Shown: positions 12,752 to 25,900 of the stretch, one piece after another | Layout: each line of letters opens with the position of its first letter | Position numbering within the stretch: position 1 is the first letter of the stretch | NCBI GenBank assembly: GCA_050273025.1 | Contig: CP158635.1 | Coordinates: 20,832,001-20,896,000, forward strand | Reading direction: 5' to 3' | DNA length: 64,000 bases | DNA from: Cenococcum geophilum | Lineage: Eukaryota | The notes under the pieces: model-generated | The model's input: the letters and a program-made list of their open reading frames with translations, nothing else | Told to the model about the DNA's origin: nothing | The model's database searches: none | Translations under genes and position numbers: made by a program

Positions 12752-13850
12752 CTATTATTATTATTATTTATTTATTCTATTTATTGCCCGATTTAGTCCC
12801 TTTACTAAGTCTATATAGGCTTCTACCTTCTATTTATAGGAAAAATCCCTAATAAGGGAAAAACCTAGGTGTTTCCTTTTAGCTAATCTTATGCGCTCCG
12901 CCTATACCTAGCCTATTTACCTTTTATACTATACTTCTAAGGTATCTTAGAAGGTCTAGGGGGTAGTAGGAGGGTCTAGTAAGTCGCCTATAAGCTGCCT
13001 TTAACTTAGTAGGGTTATTTAGTCCCTAAGGGGCTAAAAAGGGGCCTATCCCTTATATCCTCTTATTAGATCTTATACGCTATCTAAAACTACTAGAGGA
13101 CTTCTTAACCTATAAACTATTATACTGTTTTATATAGGCCCCTACTTATAAATAGTATTTATATAATATTATTTATGCCCACCCTAGTAAATAGCTAGTC
13201 TTTTACTATATAGTAGTTATAGAAGAGTATTATATAGCGTACTAACTATATAGGCTATTTATACGTATAGTATAGTATAGTATTTAGGATATAGATACTT
13301 ACTAGATATACGTTTAGCCCTAAGACCTCTATCTATAATAGAAAGGCGGCTATAAATTCTACCTTTATCTATCCTTTATATAGAGAGAAAGTTAATATTA
13401 TTTATAGGGTGCTCCACGTAGTTCCTCTCTACGCTTTTACCGCCTTCTTTTAACATCGTTTTCACTTAATATCTACCTATCTTGCGATATATATAGTAGA
13501 TCTCCACTTATACTAGTGGCCCCCTATCCTTTACTATTACTATAGTGCTCTACTAGCGTGGCGCTAAGTGTTATAGTAGCTTTTATATTTCCTATTCTCT
13601 TTCTACTACTTATAGATAGAGGGCTTTTTAACTTATAAGCTTAGGCGTAATGCTTCTTTATAGGGCCCTTGCTCCTTATATACGCTCTACTATTTAGTAT
13701 ATCTTCTTCTTTACTAGGTGGCCTTATACTATGGATGCCCTCTATATAGCAGTTGCTTCTATATATACGTCTAGTAGTAGTAGTACTACTTTACGTTCTA
13801 TTACGGTATATAGTGTCCTTTTATAGGCCCCTATAGTTCTATATAGCTAT
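12752..13850 (-). mobile_element. RIPed 5'-truncated LINE copy with (TAA)n-like 3' tail
   Basis: Tail read as TATTATTATTATTATTTT at ~12753-12775; homologous to 15560-16893. Confidence 0.8.
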
Positions 13851-13859
13851 TATTTTAGC

Positions 13860-15190
13860 TATTATTATATATCTCTAGTAGTTTAAATATAAAGAAAAGA
13901 ATTAGAATTAGAAATAGGGGTAATCCCTATATAATACCTATAGGTATTAGTATTAATTCGCTTTTATAGCCCTTAATTATAATTTTTATAGTACGCCCTA
14001 TTAGAAAGGCTTAGATAAAGTTAATTATCTAGTTTAGTAGGCCTTTATTTCTTAGGATTTATAAAAGTCTCTTATATAATATATTATTAAATATTCCGCT
14101 TAGGTCTAGACTTAGTATAGATATAATATACCTTAGGTAAGCTTACTATACCGCTTAAATACTAGATGTAATTAGAAAGAGAGCTAAAAGGGTTAATATT
14201 TTCTTTCTTACGCTTATTTATATCTACGGTAGTAGCTTTTATGCTTCTGCCGCTTCTTATATACATTTTATAACTATCTTTTTTAAAAGCCTTTTTAGGG
14301 TTAGTAGCTTTCTAAAATAGAGTAGTCTTTTTTTATACCTTTTATAAGACGACTATAGTTATTACTTTAAAGTATTTAAGTAGTTCGCCTCTCTAAAGGT
14401 AGGTAGTTACGACGTTAGCAAATTATATTACTACTACTTTTACTACAGCTTTAATTGCCTTATTTAGGGTCTTATTTAGCCTTAACGCTTTACTAGTAAG
14501 GAGCTTTTATATAGCGTCCTTTATTTCTTTTACTAATATTATATAACTTATATTAATAGATAAGGGGTAAAATTAGCTACTAATATTCTATAGGTCTGTT
14601 TAGCCCGCGCCTAAAAAGAACCTCTACTAATATTTTAATATTTTCCTTGTTATTATTTATATACTAGTTTTATTTTATCTAGTAAAGTATAAATAGGTAA
14701 AAGTCCCCTAGCGTCTCTTTAGCAGCTTACCTACTTTACTTTAATATACGCTAGAGTCCCTTATTATATAGTTTAGTAAAATCTAAGGTAATTTCTTCTA
14801 GGAATTAGCGCTAGCTATTTCTATCCTTCTTTATATTATCTTCTTAGGCGTATTCTTTAGGGCCTTATAGCTCTATTAGTAGTAGGCTTTATTAATTACG
14901 CTATACTATTACCTTACCCTTTTTACGCCTATAAGTAGTTAGGCCATTTCTAGCGACTATTTACGGTAGACGTATTTTCTAGGCTAGGCCTTTAGGTAGT
15001 ATTTTTTTAAGTAGTTACTTATAATCCTTTAGATATTCTCTAGTAATACCTAAGGTATAGCTACTAGCCTATTAGTAACTTTCTATGTATACTTTTTTAA
15101 GTTAAATTTCTTAGTAATATGTCTTTAGCGGGTTTATTATGCTAATGTGGCGATATTAAGTATTATCCGTATAGGTATATAGTCTAAGAT
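13860..15190 (-). mobile_element. RIPed LINE reverse-transcriptase core fragment
   Basis: Minus strand SMLSLDLSGAFDNVSHERLLWILRNKGLPNW…FLTGRTT and GIxQGxPLSPILxLFF. Confidence 0.8.
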
Positions 15191-16893
15191 AATTACTAGC
15201 TTATCTACTTTATAAGGAAAAGGAGGGTAAGTAGTAACCTAGCCTTAATAGTAAATATCTAAGGCTATAAAGAAAAACTAGAAGCTACCCTTAAGGTCCT
15301 AGGGGTTTAGATAGACTCTAGGTTAAATTAAAATAAGTATATTATATAGACTACTTATAAAAGAGGAGTAGTACTTTTAGCAGTATTATAAATAACTACC
15401 TTAATATAAGGACCCTCTTTTAAATATATACGCCTACTATATATAGTAGTAATAAGGTTAATAATACTATACAGCTCCTAAATTAAGGGCCTAAGACTAA
15501 ATAGCAAGGTATTAATAAAAAGCTCTTTAGCGCTACTAGCTAAGCTATAAAACTAGTACCTATATAGAACTATAAGGGCCTATAGAAGAATACTACGCGC
15601 TATACTAGAATATAAAGCATTAGTTCTACTACTAGACTTATATATTATTAAACAGTTAATTAAGGATAAGAACTCTGTCTATTAAAGAGGGCTCTAGAAG
15701 CTCTTTATATATATTAGGTAGGTCTAGATAAGTAAGTTAAAATAGGTAATAGAAATAGGTAATAAGATATTTAATAAGACATTTAGTTATAAGTTAAGAG
15801 ATAACTAAGATATAGTTCGTATAGACGATCTAGGTCGTTAGATAGTAGTATAATAGTAGTAAGGAAAGTCCGATCTAGGTCGATATATATTAACTTAACT
15901 ACTATATAGAGAGTAGTTATAGTATAAGACTACCTAGTAGAAGAAAATATATAATATATACTAAAATATATATAAGGAACGAGATATATATATAAAGCAA
16001 TAGCCCCTTAAAGGGGCGATACGCCTAAATATACTAGTTAGGAAGCCCTCTACCTATAAGTAATAGAAAGAGATAAAGAATATAGGAACTATTAACTTAC
16101 TAAGTAAAGACCTAGCGCTATACTAGTAGAGCGCTATAATAGTAATAGAGGATAGGGGGTTACTAATATAGATAAGATAGGCAGATCTTAAATAGAAGCA
16201 ATAATAGAAGAAGGTAGTAAAAATATATAACGCAGCTATATAGAATACCCTATAGTTAATACTAACTCTCTCCCTATATAAAGGACTAATAAAGGTAAAA
16301 TCTATAGCCGCCTTTCTACTATAGATAAAGGTCTTAAGTCTAAATATATAGCTAATATCTATATTCTAAATATCTTACCTTAATATATATACGGGTGGCC
16401 TATTTAATTAGTATACTATATACTACTATTCTATAGTTACCGCTTAGTAAGGAACTAGCTACTTACTAATATAGGTATAAATAATATTACTTAGATACTC
16501 TTTATAAGTAGAGGCTTATAGGTAGTAGTAAAATGGCTTATAGGTAAAGGAATTCTTTAGTAGTTTTAAATAGCATATAAGATCTAATAGGAGGACACTA
16601 AATAATACGCCCTATTCTAGCCCCTTAAGGACTAGATACCCCCGCCTAGCTATAGGCGGCTTACTAGCAAATTGCTAAACCCTTTTACTACCCCCTTTAG
16701 ATCTTCTAATATACCTAGAAAGTATAGTATATAAGGTAGGCTAGAAGATATAAAGATATACTAGCTAGGTAGAGATGGAACGAGTAGGACTAGCTAAAAG
16801 GAAATACTTAGGGTTTTCCCCTTATAGGGCTTTTTCCTATATAGACTTAAAAAGGGACCAAATTGGGTAATAAATAGAATTAATAATAATAAT
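15190..16893 (+). mobile_element. RIPed LINE 3' portion with (TAA)n tail, carrying a solo LTR
   Basis: Starts at YQLIHFTRKR; ends AATAGAATTAATAATAATAAT. Confidence 0.8.
15646..15885. mobile_element. RIPed solo LTR (~240 bp) inside a LINE
   Basis: Insertion relative to the sister LINE copies; TA…TA ends (TG…CA before RIP); TATAT direct repeat on both sides. Confidence 0.7.
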
Positions 16894-16949
16894 TATATAG
16901 GCGGTTATATAGCTAATTATAGAACCTTCCTAGTATATTAGTGCTGTGT

Positions 16950-18187
16950 GTTAGTAGAGCTTTAAAGCTCTATATAAGGTTTTGAGCAGAGCTTCAAGTA
17001 GAGCCTTGTGCAGAGCTTCGAGCAGAGCCTTGTGCAGAGCTTTGAGCAGAGCCTCGTGCAGAGCTTCGTGTAGAGCTTCGTGTAGAGCTTCGACCAGAGC
17101 TTTGACCAGAGCCTCGACCAGAGCCTCGACTAGAGCTTCGACCAGAGCTTCAACCAGAGCTTCGACCAGAGCTTCAAGCAGACCCTCGAGCAGAGCTTCA
17201 AGCAGACCCTCGACCAGAGCTTCGAGCAGGCCCTCGACCAGAGCTTCGACCAGAGCTTCGACCAGAGCTTCAACCAGAGCTTCAAGCAGACCCTCGACCA
17301 GAGCTTCGACCAGACCCTCGACCAGAGCTTCGACCAGAGCTTCAAGCAGACCCTCGACCAGAGCTTCGAGCAGGCCCTCGACCAGAGCTTCGACCAGAGC
17401 TTCAAGCAAACCCTCGACCAGAGCTTCAAGCAGACCCTCGAGCAGAGCTTCGAGCAGGCCCTCGACCAGAGCTTCGACCAGAGCTTCAAGCAGAGCCTCG
17501 ACCAGAGCTTCGAGCAGGCCCTCGACCAGAGCTTCGAGCAGGCCCTCGACCAGAGCTTCGAGCAGGCCCTCGACCAGAGCTTCGAGCAGGCCCTCGACTA
17601 GAGCTTCGACCAGAGCTTCGACCAGAGCTTCGACCAGAGCTTCGACCAGAGCTTCGACCAGAGCTTCGACCAGAGCTTCAGGCAGACCCTCGACCAGAGC
17701 TTCGACCAGAGCTTCGACCAGACCCTCGACCAGAGCTTCGACCAGAGCTTCGACCAGACCCTCGACCAGAGCTTCGAGCAGAGCTTCGAGCAGACCCTCG
17801 ACCAGAGCTTCGACCGGAGCTTCGAGCAGACCCTCGACCAGAGCTTCAACCGGAGCTTCGACCAGAGCTTCAACCAGACCCTCGACCAGAGCTTCGAGCA
17901 GACCCTCGACCAGAGCTTCGAGCAGACCCTCGACCAGAGCTTCGACCAGAGCTTCGACCCTCGAGCAGAGCTTCAACCAGAGCTTCGACCGGAGCTTCAA
18001 GCAGACCCTCGACCAGACCCTCGACCAGACCCTCGACCAGACCTTCAATCAGACCTTCGACCAGACCTTCGACCAGAGCTTCAGGCAGAGCCTCGTGCAG
18101 AGCTTTATATAGAGCTTTGTATAGGCGTTCGTGCAGGCGTTCGTGCAGGCGTTTGTGCAGGCTTTTGTGTAGGCGTTTGTGCAGGCA
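16950..18187 (+). repeat. 12-bp minisatellite (CAGAGCTTCGAC / CAGACCCTCGAC variants)
   Basis: Directly visible tandem array; explains the overlapping 365-376 aa ORFs on both strands. Confidence 0.95.
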
Positions 18188-19194
18188 GCGGAGGAGCAAT
18201 AGAGCAGGTAATAAGGCCTAGAGTTAGTCTAGATACAATACATTAGCTATTTAGGTGTTTATCTACTATAAATATTAATATAGGAGGTCAAATGTTAAGA
18301 GTTAGTGGCTCTGGCTAAATGTTTACTGTTTTGGTGTTAATTTGGTGGCAATATTTTAGGCGAAACGTAGCGGTAACCACCAGGCCGTTTGTAATAATTT
18401 TGGCGGCGTTAGAGTCGCCCTGCAAAGCTCTAGAACGTAACGTTAGCCGATTATTTATAAAGGCGTTGGTTCGTTGTTGATTGATGGCTAAAAAATTAGT
18501 ATGGCGCGCGAGTTTGTATGAGAATTACATACAAATTGGCGCGAGGGACTAACAAATTTCCGAACCGTGTACCAGACGACAACAACATAAGATGATTAAT
18601 CTGTTATGTAAGCAGCTTATGATTGGTTGATCGTCTGGGACCGAGATAAAACAATAAAGCCTTTACTAAAGCTTACTAAGTTATTACACTTTTTAAACAT
18701 ATTAAAGCCGGAAGACACTTTAGGCATTACCTATAGACACTCTTTTAGCTTACGCTAGGGGAATATAATAAGATAGAGCACCAGCTTACGCGAGATAAGT
18801 CGCTATTAGTTATATAAAGGACAAGATACGGTATATAGGCTTAAGGGATAATAGAGCGGCTAGCTAATAATGGAAATTAGATAGATATAACTATAATAAA
18901 AGAAATTATTAACTTACTGTTCGGATACCGACTGGTATACATAAAATATTTATCGCTAGTATTAAGGATGCAATTTACAGCTAGCTAAAACTAATTCGTA
19001 ATAGGTTAGACAGGCAGCTTTATTTATATAAAGGGTGCGCCTAGGGTATATAGGCATCACCGTACCAGAAAGAGGCGTCTGGCTTATATTTCAACTTTAT
19101 ATTAGGTAGAGCGTCATTAACTAAAAAATACATCGGGAAAATATTCGCAGGATGAGATTTAAGTAGACTTTGATTTTCGTGTTTCGCGTAATTG

Positions 19195-19440
19195 ACATGC
19201 AATTTAACTAACTCGATACGTAATTAACCAACTTAATACGCATTTAACTAACTTAACACGTAATTTAACCAACTTAACACGCAATTAACTAACTTAACAC
19301 GCAATTTAACCAACTTAATACGCAATTAACTAACTTAACACGTAATTCGACCAACTTAATACGTAATTAACTAACTTAATATGTAATTTAATTAACTTAA
19401 TACGCAATTAATATGTAATTAACTAACTTAATATATTTAA
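19195..19440. repeat. 20-21-bp tandem repeat (CAATTTAACCAACTTAACACG-like)
   Basis: Visible tandem units, roughly a dozen. Confidence 0.9.
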
Positions 19441-19589
19441 AAGTTAAATAATACGCAGTTAACCTACTTAGCAACTTTAAAAGGTAACTATATATTTCTT
19501 AACATACAATTAAGGTAAAGTTGTATGCTATATATTTAACTATTATATATTATCTAATATAATCTTATACAATCTTATATAGTCTTATT

Positions 19590-19922
19590 ACTTAAAGGCT
19601 CTGCACGAGGCTCTGCACGAGGCTCTACACGAAGCTCTACACGAAGCTCTGCGTACAGAGGCTCTGCACGAAGCTCTGCGCATAGAGGCTCTGCACGAAG
19701 CTCTGCACGAAGCTCTGCACGAGGCTCTGCGCGAAGCTCTGCGTACGGAGGCTCTACACAAAGCTCTGCACGAGGCTCTGCGCGAAGCTCTGCATACGGA
19801 GGCTCTACACGAAGCTCTACACGAAGCTCTATACGAAGCTCTACGTACAGAGGCTCTACACAAGGCTCTGCGCGAAGCTCTGCGTGAAGCTCTGCGTACG
19901 GAGGCTCTACACGAAGCTCTGC
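19590..19922 (-). repeat. Reverse-strand copy of the CAGAGCTTCGTG/CAGAGCCTCCGTACG minisatellite
   Basis: GCTCTGCACGAA and GCTCTGCGTACGGAG units are the reverse complement of the 9220-10082 units. Confidence 0.95.
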
Positions 19923-20049
19923 ATCGGGTCCCCGCTATATTCCCGATAGCGTCTACACGTGTCTCTACCTATGTAGCCGCCTTATTTTTTACCCTTCCTT
20001 CCTTCCTTACATCCTCCCTACCTAGGGAGGCACTAGAACGGCAGCCAGC

Positions 20050-20520
20050 AGAGGACCGTTGCTAGAACTAGATAACTATCGCTAGAATCAGACGACCGTC
20101 GCCAGAACCAGACGACCGTTACCAGAACCAGACGACCGTTACCAGAACCAGACGACCGTCGCCAGAGCTAGACGACCGTCGCCAGAACTAGACGACCGTC
20201 GTCAGAGCCAGACGACTATCGCCAGAGCCAGACAACTGTCGCTAGAACCAGACGACCGTCGCCAGAACTAGACGACCGTCGCCAGAACCAGACGACCGTC
20301 GCCAGAACCAGACGACCGTCGCCAGAACCAGACGACCGTCGCCAGAACCAGATGACTGTCGCCAGAACCAGACAACCGTCGCCAGAACCAGACAACTATC
20401 GCCAGAGCCAGACAACTGTCGCTAGAACCAGACGACCGTCGCCAGAACCAGACGACCGTCTCCAAAGTCAGACGACCATCGCTAGAACCAGACGACTGTC
20501 GCCAGAGCCAGACGACAACG
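20050..20520. repeat. 20-bp tandem repeat GCCAGAACCAGACGACCGTC
   Basis: Exact 20-bp periodicity over more than 20 units. Confidence 0.95.
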
Positions 20521-20569
20521 ACTAGCCAGCGAACACTATAAACGATTCGATCAATTAATCGAATTAAGG

Positions 20570-20930
20570 TAGCATAGACAGGTAGGCACAAACAGGGATG
20601 CTGACGGGTAGGCAAATATAGACAGGTAGGCAGATACAGACAGGTAAGCAGATGCAGACAGGTAAGCAGATGCAGACAGGTAGGCAGATGCTAACGGGTA
20701 GGCAGATATAGACAGGTAGGCAGATGCAAATAGGTAGGCGATGCAGACAGGTAGGCAATGCAGACAGGTAGGCAATGTAGATAGGTAGGCAATGCAAACA
20801 GGTAGGCAATATAGACAGGTAGGCAATGCAGATAGGTAGGCAATATAGATAGGTAGGTAATGTAGATAGGTAGGCAATGCAGATAGGTAGGTAGATAGGT
20901 AGGTAGGTAAGTTAATAGGTAGATAGGTAG
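20570..20930. repeat. 16-18-bp tandem repeat (GATGCAGACAGGTAGGCA)
   Basis: Visible tandem units decaying to (GGTA)n. Confidence 0.9.
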
Positions 20931-22239
20931 AAGAGAACTATCGCTATATTATATTAAATTATCTAAAATAATATTTATTTTGCTAGCCTTATAAATAGCT
21001 TTAAAATAGCTTTTATTTATTTAAAATATGCTATTAGTATAAAAGAGGTAAATATAATTATGGTTGCCAAATACGCAGATTGCTGGCAGGTTGCGCGCAG
21101 GCTGCGCGCAGGCTGCGTGTCAAAAAAACATGACATAGGCTAGTCGGTTGAGTTGCCAAATGACCTCAACTGCGCGCTAATTGCGTCAACCACCAGCCAT
21201 TGAGGCCATTAAAAGGGTACCATATTTTCCCGATGTAAATCTTAGTAGAACGGGCTAGAATATATTAAACTAAAAGTATAAGCTTATAAAACTTTTATTT
21301 AGAAAAGATAATAAGATATAGAGAGTAACGTCCGTCCCTAGGTCGCGAAAAACCCACCATACCAAAAAATATAAGGGGTACTTTGACTTTAAGCAACTTA
21401 AACTCTGCGTATATATTAATATTTACTATAGTTCTATATAAGTCATATGCTATAGCTACTTTTAAACATTTAGGACCCCTTCCACCTATAAATTATATTC
21501 GCATTATCGCCTTTACGCCTAATTCGCAGAGAGCCTCCTTTTATAGCATAACAGAGTTCCTTCCCTACAGCACTACCGTTAAGCTCTTACCACTCTATAA
21601 TACTTATAAACGGTCTTATCTAAGCCTTAGAGCTTTACTACAATGCTAGAAAGTCATCATTAGCCTTATACCTACTATAGCGCGCAAATTTATGTAAGGT
21701 TACTACGCGCGTTAGTACTTCCAATTAAAGCAATTACCGATCCCGGCTAGTGCAAAACAACGCCACATATCCTATATAATTATCACCGTGTAATTTACTT
21801 ATATTATCTAGTTAGTAAGCTAAGCTTATGGCTGTTAGGCTTATAGCTATACAGACGCTTAGAATATAAAGATTTAACTCCAAAGTAGTTAGCAAATAAT
21901 ACTAATAACCGCTTAACACATCCTAAAGTAGCATCCGCTTTATTAAAACGTTATCCTCTCTTCCTAACTTATTACTTTAAAGTTATTATTATTGTTTATA
22001 TAGTAGAGCGTACTACTTACTAAAAAACGCGACTAAAAGCGCTCAGACCCTCTTTAAGGCTTTTACTATATAGTAAGAAGGCAGCAGCGGTCCTAGTACC
22101 TTAAAAGAGCAGAGGGCTGCGTATTTACGCTTCCTTCACTCGCCCCTCTCAAAGCGCTTAACTCCTATTATCCTTAAAGGCACCATAAAGGGTAAAGATT
22201 CTTTATTTTTCGCTGTATTTTTAAATCTAACGGTCCGCA

Positions 22240-22950
22240 AGGTGGTTCTCGCTCTTTAATCCATCACTATTAAATCACTATTAAGATTAGTACTATTAAA
22301 GAGAAAGCGCATTATAGACAGTTTCTTATCGCCGCACTAGTATAAGAGCTTAGCTCTTATACAGCACAATCTAAGTCAGAATAAAGTGTTTTGCTTATTC
22401 TACTTACTATAAGAGCTTTGTAACCGAATCTATAAATATATAATAATCCAACTTAAACCTATAGGTATCCTACTAGACTAGGAGCTTATAAGTCCTTTCC
22501 TTACTAATTAGCAGATATATAATAAAGCGAGTAGGATTTACTACCTTAAAAATAAGATACGTATTAATCTAAACGGGTAGTAAACACTTAACCTTTTTCT
22601 TCTAAGACCGGAATAAAATTCGCGCTAAATACTAATTTATAGAAATATTAAAGACAACAAACTGTATATAAAGTAATTTAAATAGACTGCTTTTGGAAAT
22701 TGTTTGCTAATAGTATTAAATAATATAACAATAATTGGGTTTAACGATCTCTATAATCTTATAATTTTCATTTACGCCTATAACTAAAATATCCTTATTA
22801 ATTTTCTTTCTAGGCTTACTACAGCCTAGAAGGATAGGGGTAATAGAGAAATTATCGTCTATATTAATAACTGCTGTGATAAGTGTTTCCCTACTATAGA
22901 TTTTAAGTTTAATCTCTAGAAGTTAATAGATGTTATTCCACCTATATAGA
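22240..22950 (+). pseudogene. RIPed gene with an F-box-like (2EXR/DUF7730-type) motif, inside the pogo element
   Basis: De-RIPed LFHLxQELRDRIYEYM…FLTNQQMHDEASRIYY (~22395-22545). Confidence 0.5.
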
Positions 22951-25900
22951 CGTAAACGTAGGCAAATAAGCATTATAAAGGAGCTACCAGTTATTCTATA
23001 TTTTTGCTATAGTGGCATAAGTAACTATATTAGTTTTCCCGTATCGACTACTATTTTCTTAAGTTCCTCCATCTATATTATTTCGAGGCGCTTCTAAATA
23101 GATAGCTAAGTCTATCTCTAAGTCTAAATGCCTACACCCGCTTACGGCCACGACCTAAGGAATATAGCTGCCATAGCCGTCTTACGCCTACCTAGACCGC
23201 CACTAGCTTATAGAGCTATCTTATACGCCAAACTGGCACCTATTTACCTATTAATAATATACTAAAATAAGAACAGAGCCGAAAACGGCTCTGGCAGTTT
23301 ACTACGTTAAAACTCCTATTACTAGTAAAGAAATAAGCTATAAAAAATGCCGACCTTAAAACACAGGCTAAGTCATTATATTACTCTTATTATGCATAAA
23401 GTAAAGCGTCTAAAACTTTACTTTTTGCCTCTATCGCCTAACAGATCTCTAATACCTACAGCGGTTAATAAAGATATTACCTAGGGTAGAGGCTTATTAG
23501 TAGCAATTAAAAAATCTAATAAAAGACTATAAGCTTTTAAAAAGATAGGAACTCCTAGCCTTTTACAGATTATTAAGTAGAGGACTTTAAAAAATAGCTA
23601 GCTTAATATTACTTTAATAACACTATCCTAATATATCCGCGCCACTAGGGCCCTCTATAGCGCTACTAGGGCCTTTATTAACTCTAGCACTTTACTTATC
23701 CGCGCCACTTTAGCCTTTAGCTCTAGCGAACCCACCTCTAACATAGGACTCTTGCGCTTATAACCACGTTTTCTTTTACCCTTACCTATAGTAGCTTTCT
23801 CTTTTATAGCACGTTTTACTTATACCTCCTTAAGGTCCTTATAGCTTATTACCTTCGCCTTCCCTAAGACCACTAATCTGGTCAATTAGCGAACTTTAAC
23901 TTCATTGTTTATCTTAAACAAAAATTAATTTTAATCCTAAAGGAGGGCTCATTTGGCAAAGGATATTTAGGCGGCACTTATAAGTTTCTATACGTGCCTC
24001 TATAGACACTATTTGCTTATTATATTAAGCGTATAAGTATCCTATTTAATCAGATTATACAATAACGTAAGAGCCTTTATTATTACTAGCGTTACAAACA
24101 TTATAGGTATATATAGTATTTAGTCTTACGGATAAGATTCTACCTTATTAGCTTTCGGAACGGTAAGTTTAGCTAGGGGCTTTAGTATATCTCTTAGTAC
24201 TCTTTTTAGGTTAAACAGAAACAAACCAGTTACAGCCTACCCGGCTATAATATTCCTCTTTATTAACGCCCTTTCCCTTATAGGTCTATATAGAGAGGTA
24301 AAATACTCCTTACCAACTATATCTACGCCTCCTTAATTTAGTTATTTAACCTAGTCGCGATAGGCTGTCTTTAAGGGCGCGAAGACTCTAACATTATAGG
24401 GCTGGAGCTTATAGGAGGTATAAAAGGGGAAACGATATAGGATAATGTTATTTTCAAAGCAATACTCTAGGATCTTAAGCGTCTTGTATATCCTAAACCT
24501 ATTATAAATTAGTACTTATAGTTTCTAGTTAGCCCATTCTTTAGTTTAGGGATTAAATATACGCTTAAGCCACTTTAAGCTAATCTTAGAGTCATTATAT
24601 CCGTTCTTAGAATGCGCGTAATACCATCCTAGGGTTAGGTACGTGGTCCAGTTACTTTAGTAGGTTAAAGCTGGCCAGATTATAAGAGGTGGTAGTAACC
24701 TATCACGGCACCGTTACAGACCCTAGTTAGGGGCTCGCTTGGAGACTTGGCGCCTATATATAGATATATCCTTTCCTTAACCTTCTTCTGCTCCTTAGCT
24801 TAGTATCTTTATAATATAGCATTCTATAAGCTTCGGTTCAGAGGCATTTATACAAGCCGTAACATTATACTAAGTTTACCTACCTAGGGGGGACTTTATT
24901 TGTTTTGAAGCTCCCTCTTTACCTCGCCTGGGAAGGCCTAGATAATCTCCTACCCCTATTCCGCGTGTTCTAAGGGGACACGCGTTAAACACCCCTAGCT
25001 GCGCATTATCGACGCGTTAAGTCGCTATTATTGATACTAGGAGCCGGTATTTAAGCAGCTAGAAGGTCTCCTATAGATAAAGACGACTGCCTAAAAAGGT
25101 AATAATATCTTACCCCTCTAACCTTTTCGACTAATACGGAGTTGTATAAGCTACAGAGACGACCCTAGTTAAGACTTAGCCTAGGGCTATAAGAAATAAA
25201 AAGTAATCCTATTACTAAGCCTGGAACTAATCCTATGGTGTTAGCTAAGATAAGCTAAAACATAACCCGCGCCGTGCTATTAGGCGGTAAGTATATGTTA
25301 TCCGCGAAGTCCTCTAGTATGCATTAGGTTCGGGCCGACGGCCAAGATAAGCTAACTTATAACCCGAGCCATGCCATTGGGCGGTAGGTACATATTATCC
25401 GCGAAGTCCTTTAGAACGAATCCCACCCGTTGTTCTCTAGCTACTACTGCTATAATAACTACCCCAATTAATACTAAGCCGTACAAGGAGAGACGAAATC
25501 GATTAGGAAGGACTTGCTGGCACTATACTGCCACCCTAAACCCCAAACCCGATAACCTGTTGTGCCGATATACCTGCGACACCACAAACTAGACCACGGC
25601 TGTGCCGATACGCCTACAGTCCCACTAACCGAACGATCGCGCCGATACGCCTGCGACACGCCTACGATTCAAATGCGGCCCGAATGGGATTCGAAAGCAA
25701 ACCCGATAACCTGTCGCGCCGATATGCCTGCGATATGACTCTCCGACTTATCTATAAACGCCTTATAGACACACGTCGAGTTCTTATTAACAACCACCGT
25801 ACCTGATCGACCTGAACCTTACTATCAACCTAGACAGTCCCTTAATCTTACGGTTGAATACATCTATAAAGCATTACAATCCTACGTATAGGGGTACTAG

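Larger units (their letters stand above)
8797..18649. mobile_element. Non-autonomous DNA transposon with hairpin-containing bipartite TIRs and internal minisatellites, expanded by LINE insertions
   Basis: TTGTCTCGTTCCCAGAC… and …GTCTGGGACCGAGATAA ends; 8-bp TSD AACAATAA at 8789-8796 and 18650-18657; inner IR TACACGGTTCGGA / TCCGAACCGTGTA. Confidence 0.85.
8580..19050 (+). pseudogene. RIPed gene split by the 8797-18649 element; resembles fungal PD-(D/E)XK/Uma2-like proteins
   Basis: Frame …VDTPLTPPLTDN| resumes after the TSD with EAFAEAHQVITLF…YIKDKIR and …TVRMPTGIHEIFIAGVEDAI (~18915-18975). Confidence 0.5.
19131..21235. mobile_element. Non-autonomous TIR element (TA TSD) made almost entirely of four tandem arrays
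   Basis: TA|CATCGGGAAAATAT … ATATTTTCCCGATG|TA; no coding remnant recognised. Confidence 0.8.

Noticed and set aside
16951..18199. 365-376 aa ORFs (EALVEGLL…, RASTRAS…)
   Set aside because: Minisatellite artefacts; nothing in the sequence indicates translation
20050..20520. CRISPR-like regular repeat
   Set aside because: Head-to-tail 20-bp units with no unique spacers, no cas genes, eukaryotic context
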